Both the position numbers and the translations under genes were made by a program. 64,000 bases of DNA, from NCBI GenBank assembly GCA_017618355.1, contig JAFZUL010000146.1, forward strand, positions 4,704-68,703, in the 5' to 3' direction. Of the stretch, positions 49,329 through 60,334 are shown piece by piece. The notes under the pieces were generated by a model, which saw only the letters and a program-made list of their open reading frames with translations, did no database searches and had not been told where the DNA came from. This DNA comes from Muribaculaceae bacterium (lineage in GTDB: Bacteria > Bacteroidota > Bacteroidia > Bacteroidales > Muribaculaceae). How positions within the stretch are numbered: position 1 is the stretch's first letter; each line of letters starts with the position of its first letter.

Positions 49329-50285
49329 TCATTCATTCTGCATTGAGAGAAGCACATCGTGCCTCTCATAAGCTTCGACTATGCGTTGCACGAGTTGGTG
49401 GCGCACGATGTCTTTCTTGCCGAACTCAATTTTGCCGATGCCTTTCACTCCTTCGAGCACTTTGAGGGCTTGAATAAGTCCTGAAGTCACGCTGCGAGGG
49501 AGGTCAATCTGCGTGGTGTCGCCTGTTACTACCATCTTCGAGCCCATTCCCAAGCGGGTGAGGAACATCTTAATCTGGTGAGTGGTGGTGTTCTGCGCCT
49601 CGTCGAGGACAATTATGGCGTCGTTGAGAGTGCGGCCGCGCATAAAGGCGAGCGGGGCAATCTGTATGACGTTGGTGTCCATATATTCCTTGAGCTTGGC
49701 GCCGGGAATCATATCCTCGAGAGCGTCGTATAGCGGCTGCAAATAAGGGTCAATCTTATCGCGCATATCGCCAGGGAGGAAGCCTAGTTTCTCACCTGCC
49801 TCAACTGCTGGTCGCGACAGGATAATCTTGCGTGCCTCACGGTTCTTCAGAGCACGCACGGCTAGCGCCACAGCTAGGTAGGTCTTACCAGTTCCAGCAG
49901 GACCAAGAGCAAAGGTCAGGTCATTCTCGTTGAAGGTCTTGACCATAAGCTGCTGGTTGGGTGTGCGACCCTTGATGGGCTTGCCGTTCACTCCATAGAT
50001 TATCACGTCGTCCATCTTAAGCTCCTTGGGAGGCAAGCCTTTGATGGTGTCGAGGATAACATCCTCGGGCAAAGTGTTGTAAGTAGCGCAATATTCCTCG
50101 AGCTGCTTGATGTTCTGCTCAAACTTCTCGGTCTCGGCCTCATCGCCAATAACGGTGATTACCGAGCCTCGAGCCGCCATACGCAGCTTTGGAAACAAAT
50201 TACGGATAAGTTGAATATTACTGTTGTTCACCCCGTAAAACACCACAGGGTCAACGTTGTCAATTATTACGTGTCGTTCTATCAT
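49329..50285 (-). CDS. phoH: PhoH family ATPase
   Basis: GPAGTGKT, RPAVEAGE.LGFLPG, MRGRTL and DEAQN motifs. Confidence 0.95.
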   Translation of the reverse strand: MIERHVIIDNVDPVVFYGVNNSNIQLIRNLFPKLRMAARGSVITVIGDEAETEKFEQNIKQLEEYCATYNTLPEDVILDTIKGLPPKELKMDDVIIYGVNGKPIKGRTPNQQLMVKTFNENDLTFALGPAGTGKTYLAVALAVRALKNREARKIILSRPAVEAGEKLGFLPGDMRDKIDPYLQPLYDALEDMIPGAKLKEYMDTNVIQIAPLAFMRGRTLNDAIIVLDEAQNTTTHQIKMFLTRLGMGSKMVVTGDTTQIDLPRSVTSGLIQALKVLEGVKGIGKIEFGKKDIVRHQLVQRIVEAYERHDVLLSMQNE

Positions 50286-50345
50286 TAATATTATTTTAGT
50301 AAACGGAAATTCAATAGAAAAAGAAAACCAGCGAAACGGAAAACT

Positions 50346-50879
50346 CTATTTCACCAGTATTTTATGCGCTGTGCCGTCGCTCATCAGCACGATGTTCACA
50401 CCAGGCTGGGGAGAGTCGATGCGCTGGCCCTCGACATTGAAGCGCGCCAGCTCGGTGGCGTTGGGGTCGGCTGTGATGCCTGGCGCCGATTCCACCGGTG
50501 TCTCGCCAGTAAAGAACACCACGCGCGACATCATGAAAGCATCGGGTGCTATCCACTGCACCGAACTCGGAATCACGACGGCATAAAGCCAGTTGTAGCC
50601 CGTAGCAGCCTCGCCAGCAGGGTTGTAGAGGAAATTGCTGGGAATCACCTCGGCCCCCGACGGTATCTCGATGAGTTTCTCTACAAGATAGTGCTGATCC
50701 CAGTCGTCGCGGCCATACCAGCCAGTCCTCACCAGAGTCTTCATGTCTTTGGTGTAGATGTGGCCATGCTTGCACTTGAAGCCATCGGGGCTATAGAAGT
50801 AGCCCTTGTCGGTAATCATGTACTGCGCACTTGCAGATAGCGACACCACCGCAAAGAGTAGTAATAGTATCTTTTTCAT
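50346..50879 (-). CDS. Small secreted protein with degenerate BspA-like LRR fragments and a T9SS-type CTD
   Basis: Signal peptide MKKILL; IEIPSGAEVI and VVIPSSVQWIAPDAF; CTD RFNVEGQRIDSPQPGVNIVLMSDGTAHKILVK. Confidence 0.7.
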   Translation of the reverse strand: MKKILLLLFAVVSLSASAQYMITDKGYFYSPDGFKCKHGHIYTKDMKTLVRTGWYGRDDWDQHYLVEKLIEIPSGAEVIPSNFLYNPAGEAATGYNWLYAVVIPSSVQWIAPDAFMMSRVVFFTGETPVESAPGITADPNATELARFNVEGQRIDSPQPGVNIVLMSDGTAHKILVK

Positions 50880-51028
50880 TGTTAGAAGAGTTTTATAGGT
50901 GACAAAAATACTCAAAAATAATTGTGTTAACAAAATTTGCTCATTATTTTCTTCCTAATTTTGATTTTTTCGGCAAAAAAGAAGTAATTTTGCACATTCA
51001 CTACATAATTACTATAAAATCAACTAAC

Positions 51029-52333
51029 ATGGCAACTACCAAAAAGACTAAACCAACTTGTTGCAAAAAAACTGCAACCTGCAAAAAGACAACTACAAAG
51101 AAAACTACTAACGCCGCAAGCAAGCGTTGCATGGACATGGAAGCACGCTATGGCGCTCACAACTACCACCCACTGCCAGTAGTGCTCCACAAGGGCAAAG
51201 GCATCTATGTGTGGGACGTTGAGGGCAAGAAGTACTTCGATTTCCTCTCGTCGTACAGCGCTGTGAACCAGGGACACTGCCATCCACGCATCGTGAAAGT
51301 GCTCAAGGAGCAAGCCGACACGCTGTGCCTCACCTCGCGTGCTTTCTACAACGACGTTCTTTGCGAGTATGAGAAATTCATGCATCAGTTCTTCGGCTAT
51401 GACAAAGTGCTCCCAATGAACACTGGTGCCGAGGGCGTAGAGACTGCTCTTAAGCTCGCTCGCCGTTGGGGTGTAGCCAAAAAAGGTATTCCCAACGACA
51501 AAGTAAAGATTATCTGCTGCGAAGGCAACTTCCACGGACGCACCGTGACCATCATCACCATGAGCGACGACCCAAGTTCATTTGCAGATTATGGCCCACT
51601 TACCCCTGGTTTCATCCGTATTCCTTACAACGACCCTAAGGCTCTTGAGAAAGCACTCAAGAAATATGGCGACGAGGTGTGCGCCTTTATAGCTGAGCCT
51701 ATCCAGGGCGAGGCTGGCGTATTCGTGCCCGATGACGGCTATCTGAAAAAATGCTTCGACCTCTGCCACGAGCACAACGTGCTCTTCATTGCCGATGAGG
51801 TGCAGACAGGTATCGCCCGCACCGGTAAGATGCTCTGCTCTATGCACGACGGCATCCGTCCCGATATCGTAATTTTGGGCAAGGCCCTCGGTGGTGGTGT
51901 ACTTCCTGTTTCGGCTTGCCTTGCTGATGACGACATCATGCTCAACGTGAAACCCGGCGAGCACGGCTCAACATTCGGCGGCTTCCCACTGGCTGCACGC
52001 GTGGCTATTGAGGCCCTCAAGGTTGTGAAAGATGAGAAACTCACTCAGAACGCCGAGAAGATGGGTAAGATTTTCCGCGAGGAAATCAAGAAAATCAACT
52101 CGCCATTCATCGTGCAGGTGCGCGGACGTGGCTTGCTCAATGCCATCGTCACAACTCCTATCAAGGGCAAGACAGCTTGGGACATCTGCCTCAAGCTGCG
52201 TGACAACGGTCTGCTGGCTAAACCCACCCACGACCACATCATCCGCTTCGCTCCCCCCTTGTGCATCAACAAGGAAGAAATCATGGAGGCTGTCAATATC
52301 ATCAAGAAGACCTTCGAAGAAATGTCGGAGTAA
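51029..52333 (+). CDS. rocD: Ornithine-oxo-acid aminotransferase
   Basis: [43 protein letters not shown] and HGSTFGG motifs; start corrected to 51029. Confidence 0.96.
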   Translation: MATTKKTKPTCCKKTATCKKTTTKKTTNAASKRCMDMEARYGAHNYHPLPVVLHKGKGIYVWDVEGKKYFDFLSSYSAVNQGHCHPRIVKVLKEQADTLCLTSRAFYNDVLCEYEKFMHQFFGYDKVLPMNTGAEGVETALKLARRWGVAKKGIPNDKVKIICCEGNFHGRTVTIITMSDDPSSFADYGPLTPGFIRIPYNDPKALEKALKKYGDEVCAFIAEPIQGEAGVFVPDDGYLKKCFDLCHEHNVLFIADEVQTGIARTGKMLCSMHDGIRPDIVILGKALGGGVLPVSACLADDDIMLNVKPGEHGSTFGGFPLAARVAIEALKVVKDEKLTQNAEKMGKIFREEIKKINSPFIVQVRGRGLLNAIVTTPIKGKTAWDICLKLRDNGLLAKPTHDHIIRFAPPLCINKEEIMEAVNIIKKTFEEMSE

Positions 52334-52453
52334 TATTGCTCTAACAATCATATGATAAAACCAGGCGACCTACACAGGCCGCCTGTTTTTTCATGTTCCC
52401 CCATTAATGAAGTTCCCTATATGACGGCTCTGCCGTCGTCCGCCATCGTCACA

Positions 52454-53557
52454 TTACACCTTATCCATTATCTTCTTATACCCCCACGCCAAGGCTAAGG
52501 TAAGCACGATATAGAGGGCTAGCCAGGCGTAGTCGATGAGCATTAGGTCAGAGTGGGTTTTGAGGACAAACTCGTAAATGGGCATCCTTGGGATAGAATG
52601 CACGACGAAAATCATTGACGACATCACGCCCAGTTGGCGCAAAGGCGAGACGACAAACTTGCCGCATAACCCTCGGCAGGATTCAAGCAGCTTTACAAAC
52701 GCCACACTACCGGCAATCACTAATACGGGAGCCCAAAGCCATAGCTGATAATTGAGACTAAAGACCGCCAGCAACGGCAGCCCCACCAATGCCACCACAG
52801 CAAGCACCCATCTAGGCAACTTAGGGAAGCCATAGCGCGCCGCCAGTACGCCCAAAGCAAACGGCAACATCGCTATCGCCGCATTGTGCCTCACATACAC
52901 GAGCATATTGCGGTGATGCTCCATAAACACCTGCGGCAGCCATGCTAGCACCACCAGCAGCAACGGCATAAGCCATCGCCACAGCGACTTGTGCTTATCG
53001 TGAAAAGGATATATCAAGAAACGATAAACCACATAGATCTCAACCATCACGCCAAAGAACCAATAGGGCGATGGCGTGTGTGAGTGCGAAAGGCTTGGTA
53101 TGACATTCGACAGCATAGTTGCTTGAGCAAAATACTCAAAGATGCCATGCCACCGCAAGCCTATCGACAAGTAGGTTACAACTGTCAACACAAAGCCCAA
53201 AATCATCAACTTGAAAAGCTTGAGCCAATGTGAGCCCAGAAAACGCCAAGCATTACCACTCGCTCCGTCACGCTCATATTTCATCACCAGCCCAAAGCCA
53301 CTCAAGAAAAAGAAGATGGGCACACCATAATGCCCGAAAAATGCAAACAACTGAATAGGTGCAAACACGTCAATGCCTGTAGTCCAATAGTTCCACATGT
53401 TGCTGGCGCGCTCGGCGATAAACTCAAACTCGTTCTCCTCGTTGCTGCCACGCAGGAGATGACAGAAGTTGTGCAGGAATATGCCTGTAATGGCTATCCC
53501 ACGCAACACCTGGCACTGAGCCGAGCTGAGAAATTTTTCGCCTTTCAATATCTCCAT
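52454..53557 (-). CDS. Acyltransferase family 3 membrane protein (paralog of 39363..40547)
   Basis: LRGIAI...HNFCH, FFGHYGVPIFFFLSGFGL, PYWFFG. Confidence 0.85.
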   Translation of the reverse strand: MEILKGEKFLSSAQCQVLRGIAITGIFLHNFCHLLRGSNEENEFEFIAERASNMWNYWTTGIDVFAPIQLFAFFGHYGVPIFFFLSGFGLVMKYERDGASGNAWRFLGSHWLKLFKLMILGFVLTVVTYLSIGLRWHGIFEYFAQATMLSNVIPSLSHSHTPSPYWFFGVMVEIYVVYRFLIYPFHDKHKSLWRWLMPLLLVVLAWLPQVFMEHHRNMLVYVRHNAAIAMLPFALGVLAARYGFPKLPRWVLAVVALVGLPLLAVFSLNYQLWLWAPVLVIAGSVAFVKLLESCRGLCGKFVVSPLRQLGVMSSMIFVVHSIPRMPIYEFVLKTHSDLMLIDYAWLALYIVLTLALAWGYKKIMDKV

Positions 53558-53787
53558 CTTCCTAAAAAATGAAGTGCAAAAATAGTAATAATTTTCCAAT
53601 TTCAGCGCATATAAAATGAGCATTAACAAATTGCTAGTTAAACCAAACACGAATAAAAATGTCTAAAAAATGTTAGATTTGGCGATATTTTATGCCTTTT
53701 GGTCTAATTAATTTGGCATAGTTTTTGATTATTACTACTTTAGCAACGTGAAATAAATCGAGAGATAACAAAAAAATAATAGCTATT

Positions 53788-54435
53788 ATGAAAAAGACTT
53801 TGATTTCAGTTTTGAGTGCCGCTTTGATAGTGCTGAGCGGCTGCCAATCGGCTAACCAGTTTTATGGGGTAGCCACTGGCGCTTCGGTAGGCGGCATGTT
53901 TGGCTCTGCAATCGGCAGCATCAGCGGCGGATGGCGTGGCAGCAGTGTAGGCCGGCTGGCAGGCATGGTCGTGGGCGGTGTTATTGGTGCAGCAGCCACA
54001 ACTCCTAAGGTTAAAGGAGAGAATCGCACCAGCGATTACTACAATGGTTATGACTACGATGACTATCATCAAAACAACTCCTACAGCCCTTACTCAAGCA
54101 TTTACGTTGAGAACATTCGTCTCGCCGAGAGCATGAGCAACAACTGCATCGACGCTGGTGAGCATGCAAAGCTTATCTTCGAGATTCGCAATATGGGTGA
54201 TGACTATGTTTATGACATCGCTCCAGTAATAACAGTGTCGGGCACTAAGGAAATCTACCTCTCCCCCACTGCCATTATCAGCGAGTTAGGCCCAGGTCGC
54301 GCAGTGCGCTATCAAGCCGAAGTAGTGGCAACCAAGAAACTTAAAAACGGTGTCGCCGACTTCAACATCAGCTTCTCTAACGGCGACCAACTCTATACTG
54401 TTAGCTCCTTCCAAATCAGAACAAGGAAGAGATAA
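53788..54435 (+). CDS. Glycine-zipper lipoprotein with C-terminal Ig-like domain
   Basis: Lipobox LSGC; GxxxG repeats; C-terminal beta-rich domain. Confidence 0.75.
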   Translation: MKKTLISVLSAALIVLSGCQSANQFYGVATGASVGGMFGSAIGSISGGWRGSSVGRLAGMVVGGVIGAAATTPKVKGENRTSDYYNGYDYDDYHQNNSYSPYSSIYVENIRLAESMSNNCIDAGEHAKLIFEIRNMGDDYVYDIAPVITVSGTKEIYLSPTAIISELGPGRAVRYQAEVVATKKLKNGVADFNISFSNGDQLYTVSSFQIRTRKR

Positions 54436-54570
54436 GAACTAGTTCATAGTTCACAGTTAAGAGTTCATAGTTGCTACTGAAACAACGTAACACACCCGAG
54501 TCGTTTAGTTTACGGCTCGAGTGTGTTTTTGTCTTCAATAACAAATAAGGGAGTTGTCCTTAATTGTCTT

Positions 54571-55821
54571 TTAAACGTCGCGCAAGATTGGCATTGTCAT
54601 GCAGCGGGCGCCGCCGCCGGCGCGGGGAAGCTCGCTGCCAGGGAAGGCTGCCACAAACTTCTCATAGTCATTCATATTGACCTTGCCACTTACGATATCC
54701 TCAGCGTTTAGCACAGCGAAACCTGCCTTGTCGAGAGCCTCGATGGTGTGGGTATTGCGACGGTAGCCAAGCACTTTTCCGTCGCCTAGCGAGAAGAAGT
54801 TAGCGCCACTGTGCCACTGCTCACGCAGCTGCGTCCAGGGGTCGCTGCCACCGCCAATAACCGGCTCAATGTCCCATCCCAGCTGGGTAAGACCTTCAAT
54901 GATATTGCCAATGCGCTTGTAGCTGATATTCCCGTGGTCTATGGTTATCAGCGTGGTATCCTTGCCTGCAAATAGTCCCTGCTTCTTGAGCATAGGCTCA
55001 AATACCATGCACTGGTGCTTGCCCAGGAAGGTGAACACCATGTCGAGGTGAATGAACGACTCGGGCTCCATAGGCAACTCCTGCGCAATGATGTTGAAAT
55101 GGTCGCGCTCGCGGGCGAAAGTCTGCGCCAGATACTCGATGCCCTTACGGTTGGTGCGTATGCCCTGACCTATGCATAGCGTGTCGGCACTGGCAATCTG
55201 CACATCGCCGCCCTCGGTGCGTGCATAGGGGTTCCACGCCATAGCGTTGAGAGTGTCAACCCCGAAGAAATGCTTGAAGATCGCCTCATAAATCAGCGAC
55301 TCACGCTCGCGCACCTCAAAACTCATCGAGTTGATGAGCACGCGGTTATACACCGTTGATGAGGCATCACGAGTGAAAAACAGGTTATAGAGCGGCTTGA
55401 GCAGGAAACGATGCTCGCTCACGCCGTCCCATTTGGGGTCTTCGCAGCCTTCGATAAGCACCTGTGCAAGCTTTTTAGGGTCGTCGCCAGTGATTTCGGC
55501 AATCACTCTTGCCGTCTTCTGGTTGCAGCCGCGCAGACTGTCGGCGAGAAGTTTCTCCTTCACCGCCTCGTCCTTGAGGAGCTCTTCGAGAATGTCCTGC
55601 ACATAATATACATGCGTCCAGCGCTCAAGCACACCGCTGAAGTTGTGGTATTCCTCGTCAACGATGGGCTTGTTGAGGATGTCGCTATAGAGCGCGGCAT
55701 TGGCGTTGAGCGGCGTCATGCGCTCAATCTCCACGCCTGGTCGATGCAGCAACACAGCCCGCAGCCTACCAGTCTCGGAACTCACATTTACTTCACAAGG
55801 CTTTAGTTGTTTCTTGTCCAT
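54571..55821 (-). CDS. arcA: Arginine deiminase
   Basis: SETGRLRAVLLHRPG.E, FTRD, EGGD, HLD and GGGARCMT motifs; start corrected to MDKK. Confidence 0.92.
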   Translation of the reverse strand: MDKKQLKPCEVNVSSETGRLRAVLLHRPGVEIERMTPLNANAALYSDILNKPIVDEEYHNFSGVLERWTHVYYVQDILEELLKDEAVKEKLLADSLRGCNQKTARVIAEITGDDPKKLAQVLIEGCEDPKWDGVSEHRFLLKPLYNLFFTRDASSTVYNRVLINSMSFEVRERESLIYEAIFKHFFGVDTLNAMAWNPYARTEGGDVQIASADTLCIGQGIRTNRKGIEYLAQTFARERDHFNIIAQELPMEPESFIHLDMVFTFLGKHQCMVFEPMLKKQGLFAGKDTTLITIDHGNISYKRIGNIIEGLTQLGWDIEPVIGGGSDPWTQLREQWHSGANFFSLGDGKVLGYRRNTHTIEALDKAGFAVLNAEDIVSGKVNMNDYEKFVAAFPGSELPRAGGGARCMTMPILRDV

Positions 55822-55991
55822 AAATTGTTTCTCTCTCCCATCTCCGCAACCACTCAAAAAAGAGCAGTTGCGGAACATGAGATTGAAATAAGTTGTTTTA
55901 TAGAAACTTTGTATATGTTTTTAGTTGTCAGTTATTAGTTATTAGTTTTCCTAGAAACTCTAAACACTAACCTCTGAACTGCGCTAAGCGC

Positions 55992-57617
55992 TTATTTCAT
56001 ATAAGTGTAGCGGTAGTCGGTTGGCGACACGAGTGTCTCCTTGATCACGCGTGGGATAATCCAGCGGATAAGGTTGAACTCGCCACCTGCCTTGTCGTTG
56101 GTACCGCTGGCGCGGGCGCCACCGAAGGGCTGCATACCTACCACAGCGCCTGTTGGCTTGTCGTTGATGTAGAAGTTACCGGCGGCATAGCACAGAATGT
56201 CGGTAATCTTCTCCACTGCCATGCGGTCGCGGCCAAATACAGCACCTGTCAAGCCGTAAGGCGAGGTCTCGTTGCACTTGTGAGCAACCTCTTCCCACTT
56301 CTCGTCGTCGTAGGGATAAACGGTGAGCACGGGAGCGAAGATTTCCTCTTCCATCGACTTGAAGTTAGCATTGCTGGTCTCGATAACGGTAGGCTCAACA
56401 AACCAGCCCTTGCTGCAATCGCACTTGCCACCCATCACAATCTCGGCATCTTTAGCATCCTTAGCGAAGTCAATATAAGATTTAGCCTTGTCGAACGAGG
56501 CCTTGTCGATAACAGCGTTGATGAAGTTGCTTGGATCCATCACATCGCCCATCTTAACCTCGGCTGCCATAGCCTTCATGTCGTCGAGAACGCCAGCCCA
56601 CATGCTCTTGGGGATATACATGCGAGATGCTGCCGAGCACTTCTGACCCTGGAACTCAAAAGCTCCGCAGAAAGCTGCTGTTGCAACGGCCTTAGGATCG
56701 GCACTGGGGTGAACGAAGATGAAGTCCTTGCCACCAGTCTCACCCACGAGGCGTGGATAAGAGATGTATTTGTCAACATTCATGCTCGCCTGTTTCCACA
56801 GCGACTGGAAGGTTGCGGTGCTGCCTGTGAAGTGGATTCCTGAGAAGTACTTCGACTGAGTGGCAACCTCGCCAATGAGAGCGCCGCTGCCTGGCAGGAA
56901 GTTAACTACGCCGTCGGGCAGACCAGCCTCTTTGTAGAGCTGCATCAGGTAGTAGTTGCTCAGCAATGCGGTGGTCGATGGCTTCCACAGTGCAACGTTA
57001 CCCATGAGCACGGGAGTCATGCACAGGTTGCTGGCGATAGAGGTGAAGTTGAATGGTGTCACAGCGAGGATAAAGCCCTCGAGTGGGCGATACTCGGTGT
57101 GGTTGAGTTGTGCCACGCCGTCCTTGGGCTGCATGGCATATATCTTAGATGCATAGTGTACATTGTAACGGAAGAAGTCGATAGTCTCGCAAGCCGAGTC
57201 AATCTCTGCCTGGAAGAAGTTCTTGCTTTGGCCAAGCATGGTGGCTGCGTTCATGATGGGGCGATACTTGGTGGCAAGCAGCTCAGCCATCTTCATCACG
57301 ATAGCGGCGCGGGTGGTCCAAGGGGTGCGGCTCCACTCTTGCCAAGCCTTCATAGCGGCCTCAACAGCCATCTCAACCTCTTTTTTGCCCACCTTGTGGT
57401 AACGGGCAATCACGTGCTGGTGGTCGTGTGGACAAGTCACCTCGCCCATATCGCCGGTGCGAATTTCTTTGCCGCCAATAATGATGGGAATTTCTACCAC
57501 CATCTTGCTTTGGCGCTCAAGTTCTTTCTCTAATGCTACACGCTCGGGAGATCCAGGCATATAAGCCTTAACTGGCTCATTAGCTGGAAGGGGAAAATTG
57601 ATAATTGAATTGTTCAT
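55992..57617 (-). CDS. pruA: L-glutamate gamma-semialdehyde (P5C) dehydrogenase
   Basis: NEPV..Y.PGSPER, QAEID, PFNFT, GETGGKDF, FQGQKCSA and PFGGARASGTNDK motifs. Confidence 0.96.
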   Translation of the reverse strand: MNNSIINFPLPANEPVKAYMPGSPERVALEKELERQSKMVVEIPIIIGGKEIRTGDMGEVTCPHDHQHVIARYHKVGKKEVEMAVEAAMKAWQEWSRTPWTTRAAIVMKMAELLATKYRPIMNAATMLGQSKNFFQAEIDSACETIDFFRYNVHYASKIYAMQPKDGVAQLNHTEYRPLEGFILAVTPFNFTSIASNLCMTPVLMGNVALWKPSTTALLSNYYLMQLYKEAGLPDGVVNFLPGSGALIGEVATQSKYFSGIHFTGSTATFQSLWKQASMNVDKYISYPRLVGETGGKDFIFVHPSADPKAVATAAFCGAFEFQGQKCSAASRMYIPKSMWAGVLDDMKAMAAEVKMGDVMDPSNFINAVIDKASFDKAKSYIDFAKDAKDAEIVMGGKCDCSKGWFVEPTVIETSNANFKSMEEEIFAPVLTVYPYDDEKWEEVAHKCNETSPYGLTGAVFGRDRMAVEKITDILCYAAGNFYINDKPTGAVVGMQPFGGARASGTNDKAGGEFNLIRWIIPRVIKETLVSPTDYRYTYMK

Positions 57618-57755
57618 GATTAGTTTTGTTATTATTTTATAGATAGATAAGTTTCTGCTATGGTTCTGCGTGCAAAATTACAAATTATTACTTAAATCAC
57701 CAAAACAAATAGACATAAATCTCAACGTAATTCTGCCTAAACTTAGTCAAACCTT

Positions 57756-57805
57756 GACAGACAAAGGTCGGACACTGTCAGACCAACGTCGGACCAAGTC
57801 GGACT
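57756..57805. repeat. GTCGGAC-like array with 10-11 bp period
   Basis: gacagacaaag gtcggacact gtcagaccaac gtcggaccaa gtcggact. Confidence 0.65.
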
Positions 57806-57884
57806 GCACATCTATAGGCAAGACACAAAAAAGTGCTGCATGATAGAAAGACAGCACTCTATGCGAGAAAAACATCAACAGAAA

Positions 57885-58235
57885 TCACTTATTATTCTGT
57901 AATTGTCGATGTGTTTTGGTATGTGCGACATACTTCTCAAGATACCATTTCTTGAACTGTTCAGCATCAGCAGGATAGTAACTCCAATGGTCTAGCCTAT
58001 TCCAAAGAATCGCCTTTATACCAACAGGAGTGCCATCTTCTTCATAAGGTAAAATAGATGGCAAATCATACCTCTCAGTATAAAAATCTAGACATTTCTG
58101 CGGAATAGGGTTATTCTCCAAGACCATTCTCACCCACGCTTCCTAATACCCCCACATAAGGCTATCTATTCCTTCAGGGGGATATTCCTCGCCATTATAA
58201 TAGCGACAGTCTAATATCAGTTCTTCACGTGTCAT
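57885..58235 (-). pseudogene. 116-codon hypothetical gene interrupted by one in-frame TAG
   Basis: MTREELILDCRYYNGEEYPPEGIDSLMWGY*EAWVRMVLENN...; TAG at 58143-58145 is in frame with ORF 57885..58133; -7 box TATCTTTG at 58244-58251. Confidence 0.7.
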
Positions 58236-58408
58236 AACGGATGCAAAGATAAGCAATTATGGTCATTTAGCAAAACATTTTCAAAGCAAGTCTGACAAAA
58301 ATAGAGTTTCTTTTAAATTCCAACTAACGTTAATTTATCACAACGAAACATCTAATATTTGGCAAGCAAACAGTCAAATCATTAACTTTGTGACGTAAAA
58401 CGATAATT

Positions 58409-59047
58409 ATGAAAATGAAAAAATTAAATAATAAAAGAATAAGGAAATACGCATTATGGATAGTTGCTCTGTGCATTGCATGCATGGCATTGTTGTTGAC
58501 ATGCAATCTCATTGTTGAGAATAACGCAAAAAACAAGTTGTACTCCGACATCAACAGTGTAACTCCCACAGAATATGGTTTGCTGCTAGGAACAACTCCA
58601 CAGACAAAAATCGGAAGAAAACCAAACACGTTCTTCAAGTACCGCATTGACGCAGCCGAGCAACTTTACAAAACTGGAAAAATAAAAAAAATTCTAATCA
58701 GCGGCGATGAAAACAGTCTTGATAATGTCAATGAAGTAGAGTGCATGAGAGATTCGCTCGTTGCCCGTGGCGTGGATGCCAAAGACATCATTCTAGATGG
58801 AAAGGGTTATAGCACCATCAATTCCGTTGAAAATGCCGTGAAAATTCACAATATCCACAGCTTCATTGTCATATCACAAAAGTTCCATAACGAGAGAGCC
58901 ATATACCTTGCTGAGCATTTGAATCTTGACACCAACGACATCTCGGGATTTAATGCTGCCGACGCCACATCCAGCACTGCGATAATGACATATATCCGTG
59001 AATATTTTGCTAGAGTAAAAATGTTTATTGATATATTATTCTATTGA
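58409..59047 (+). CDS. sanA: SanA/ElyC (DUF218) family protein
   Basis: LLGT, YRIDAA.QLY..GK, ISGD, ISQKFHNERAIY and REYFARVK motifs. Confidence 0.85.
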   Translation: MKMKKLNNKRIRKYALWIVALCIACMALLLTCNLIVENNAKNKLYSDINSVTPTEYGLLLGTTPQTKIGRKPNTFFKYRIDAAEQLYKTGKIKKILISGDENSLDNVNEVECMRDSLVARGVDAKDIILDGKGYSTINSVENAVKIHNIHSFIVISQKFHNERAIYLAEHLNLDTNDISGFNAADATSSTAIMTYIREYFARVKMFIDILFY

Positions 59048-59229
59048 TAGCCACATAAATACCACCATCAAGAATAGCCTCAGCACATCTTTATAAATTA
59101 TTAGTGAAAATTAGTGGTCAAAAACGTTCGTTAGTTGAAGTAAAATGCTTACCTTTGCGCCCGAAAAAGAGTAAGACACATTTTTAATTAACTATACAAA
59201 TATCAACTTTTAAAAAACTTTTTACTACT

Positions 59230-60222
59230 ATGCCAAGAAGTTTATCAGGAAGAAATTTCTTGAAGTTGTTAGACTTCACCACCGAGGAAATTCAGTATTT
59301 ACTTGAGCTCGCAAAAGATTTCAAACGTCTTAAACGCACCAACACCCCTCACAAGTATTTAACCGGCAAGAACATCGTGCTGTTGTTTGAGAAGACCTCA
59401 ACCCGCACACGCTGCTCGTTTGAGGTAGCAGGCAACGACCTGGGCATGGGCGTTACCTACCTCGACCCAGCATCATCGCAAATGGGCAACAAAGAGTCGC
59501 TCGAAGACACCGCTAAGGTGCTTGGCCGCATGTATGACGGTATCGAGTATCGTGGCTTTGACCAGAATATCGTTGAGGACCTGGGCCGCTATGCAGGCGT
59601 GCCCGTGTGGAATGGTCTCACCACCGAGTTCCACCCCACTCAGATGCTTGCCGACGTGCTTACCATCGAGGAGAACTTCGGCCGCTACAAAGGCTTGAAG
59701 ATGGTCTTCATGGGCGATGCCCGCAACAACGTTGCCAACTCGCTGATGGTAGTTTCGGCAAAACTCGGCATCAACTTCGTGGCTTGCGGTCCTAAGGACA
59801 ACATGCCCGAAGAGAAGCTCGTTGCCACCTGCCGCGAGATTGCCAAGGAGAACGGATGCACTATTACCCTTACCGACGACGTGAAGGAAGGCACCAAGAA
59901 TGCCGACGTTATCTATACCGACATCTGGGTATCGATGGGTGAGCCTGCCGAGCTCTGGGAGAAGCGCATCAAATTGCTGAGTCCATATCAGGTGAACGAC
60001 GAGGTTATGGCCAATGCCAACCCCGACGCTATCTTCCTGCACTGCCTGCCTTCGTTCCACGACCTTGAGACTTCTATCGGTCGTGAGATTCACGAGAAAT
60101 TTGGCTTGAAGGAGATGGAGGTTACCGACAAGGTGTTCCGCAGCTCTCAGTCCAAAGTCTTTGACGAGGCCGAGAACCGCATGCACACCATCAAGGCGGT
60201 GATGTACGCAACACTTAAGTAA
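59230..60222 (+). CDS. arcB: Ornithine carbamoyltransferase (probably catabolic)
   Basis: STRTR, HPTQ, DIWVSMG and HCLP motifs; adjacent to carbamate kinase. Confidence 0.92.
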   Translation: MPRSLSGRNFLKLLDFTTEEIQYLLELAKDFKRLKRTNTPHKYLTGKNIVLLFEKTSTRTRCSFEVAGNDLGMGVTYLDPASSQMGNKESLEDTAKVLGRMYDGIEYRGFDQNIVEDLGRYAGVPVWNGLTTEFHPTQMLADVLTIEENFGRYKGLKMVFMGDARNNVANSLMVVSAKLGINFVACGPKDNMPEEKLVATCREIAKENGCTITLTDDVKEGTKNADVIYTDIWVSMGEPAELWEKRIKLLSPYQVNDEVMANANPDAIFLHCLPSFHDLETSIGREIHEKFGLKEMEVTDKVFRSSQSKVFDEAENRMHTIKAVMYATLK

Positions 60223-60228
60223 GAGTAT

Positions 60229-60334
60229 AATAGTAGAGCAGTGAAATAGTAGAGCAGTGAAATAGTGAAACTGTTCAACTTACTATTCATTTTCCCCACT
60301 TAACTATTCTACTACTTTACTACTCTACTACTTA
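60229..60334. repeat. Inverted 8-mer arrays with no intervening gene
   Basis: (AATAGTAGAGCAGTGA)x2 + AATAGTGA, then ACTATTCT ACTACTTT ACTACTCT ACTACTTA. Confidence 0.8.

Noticed and set aside
58143-58145. Alternative genetic code or pyrrolysine readthrough
   Set aside because: TAG terminates other intact genes in the window and no pyl genes are visible.
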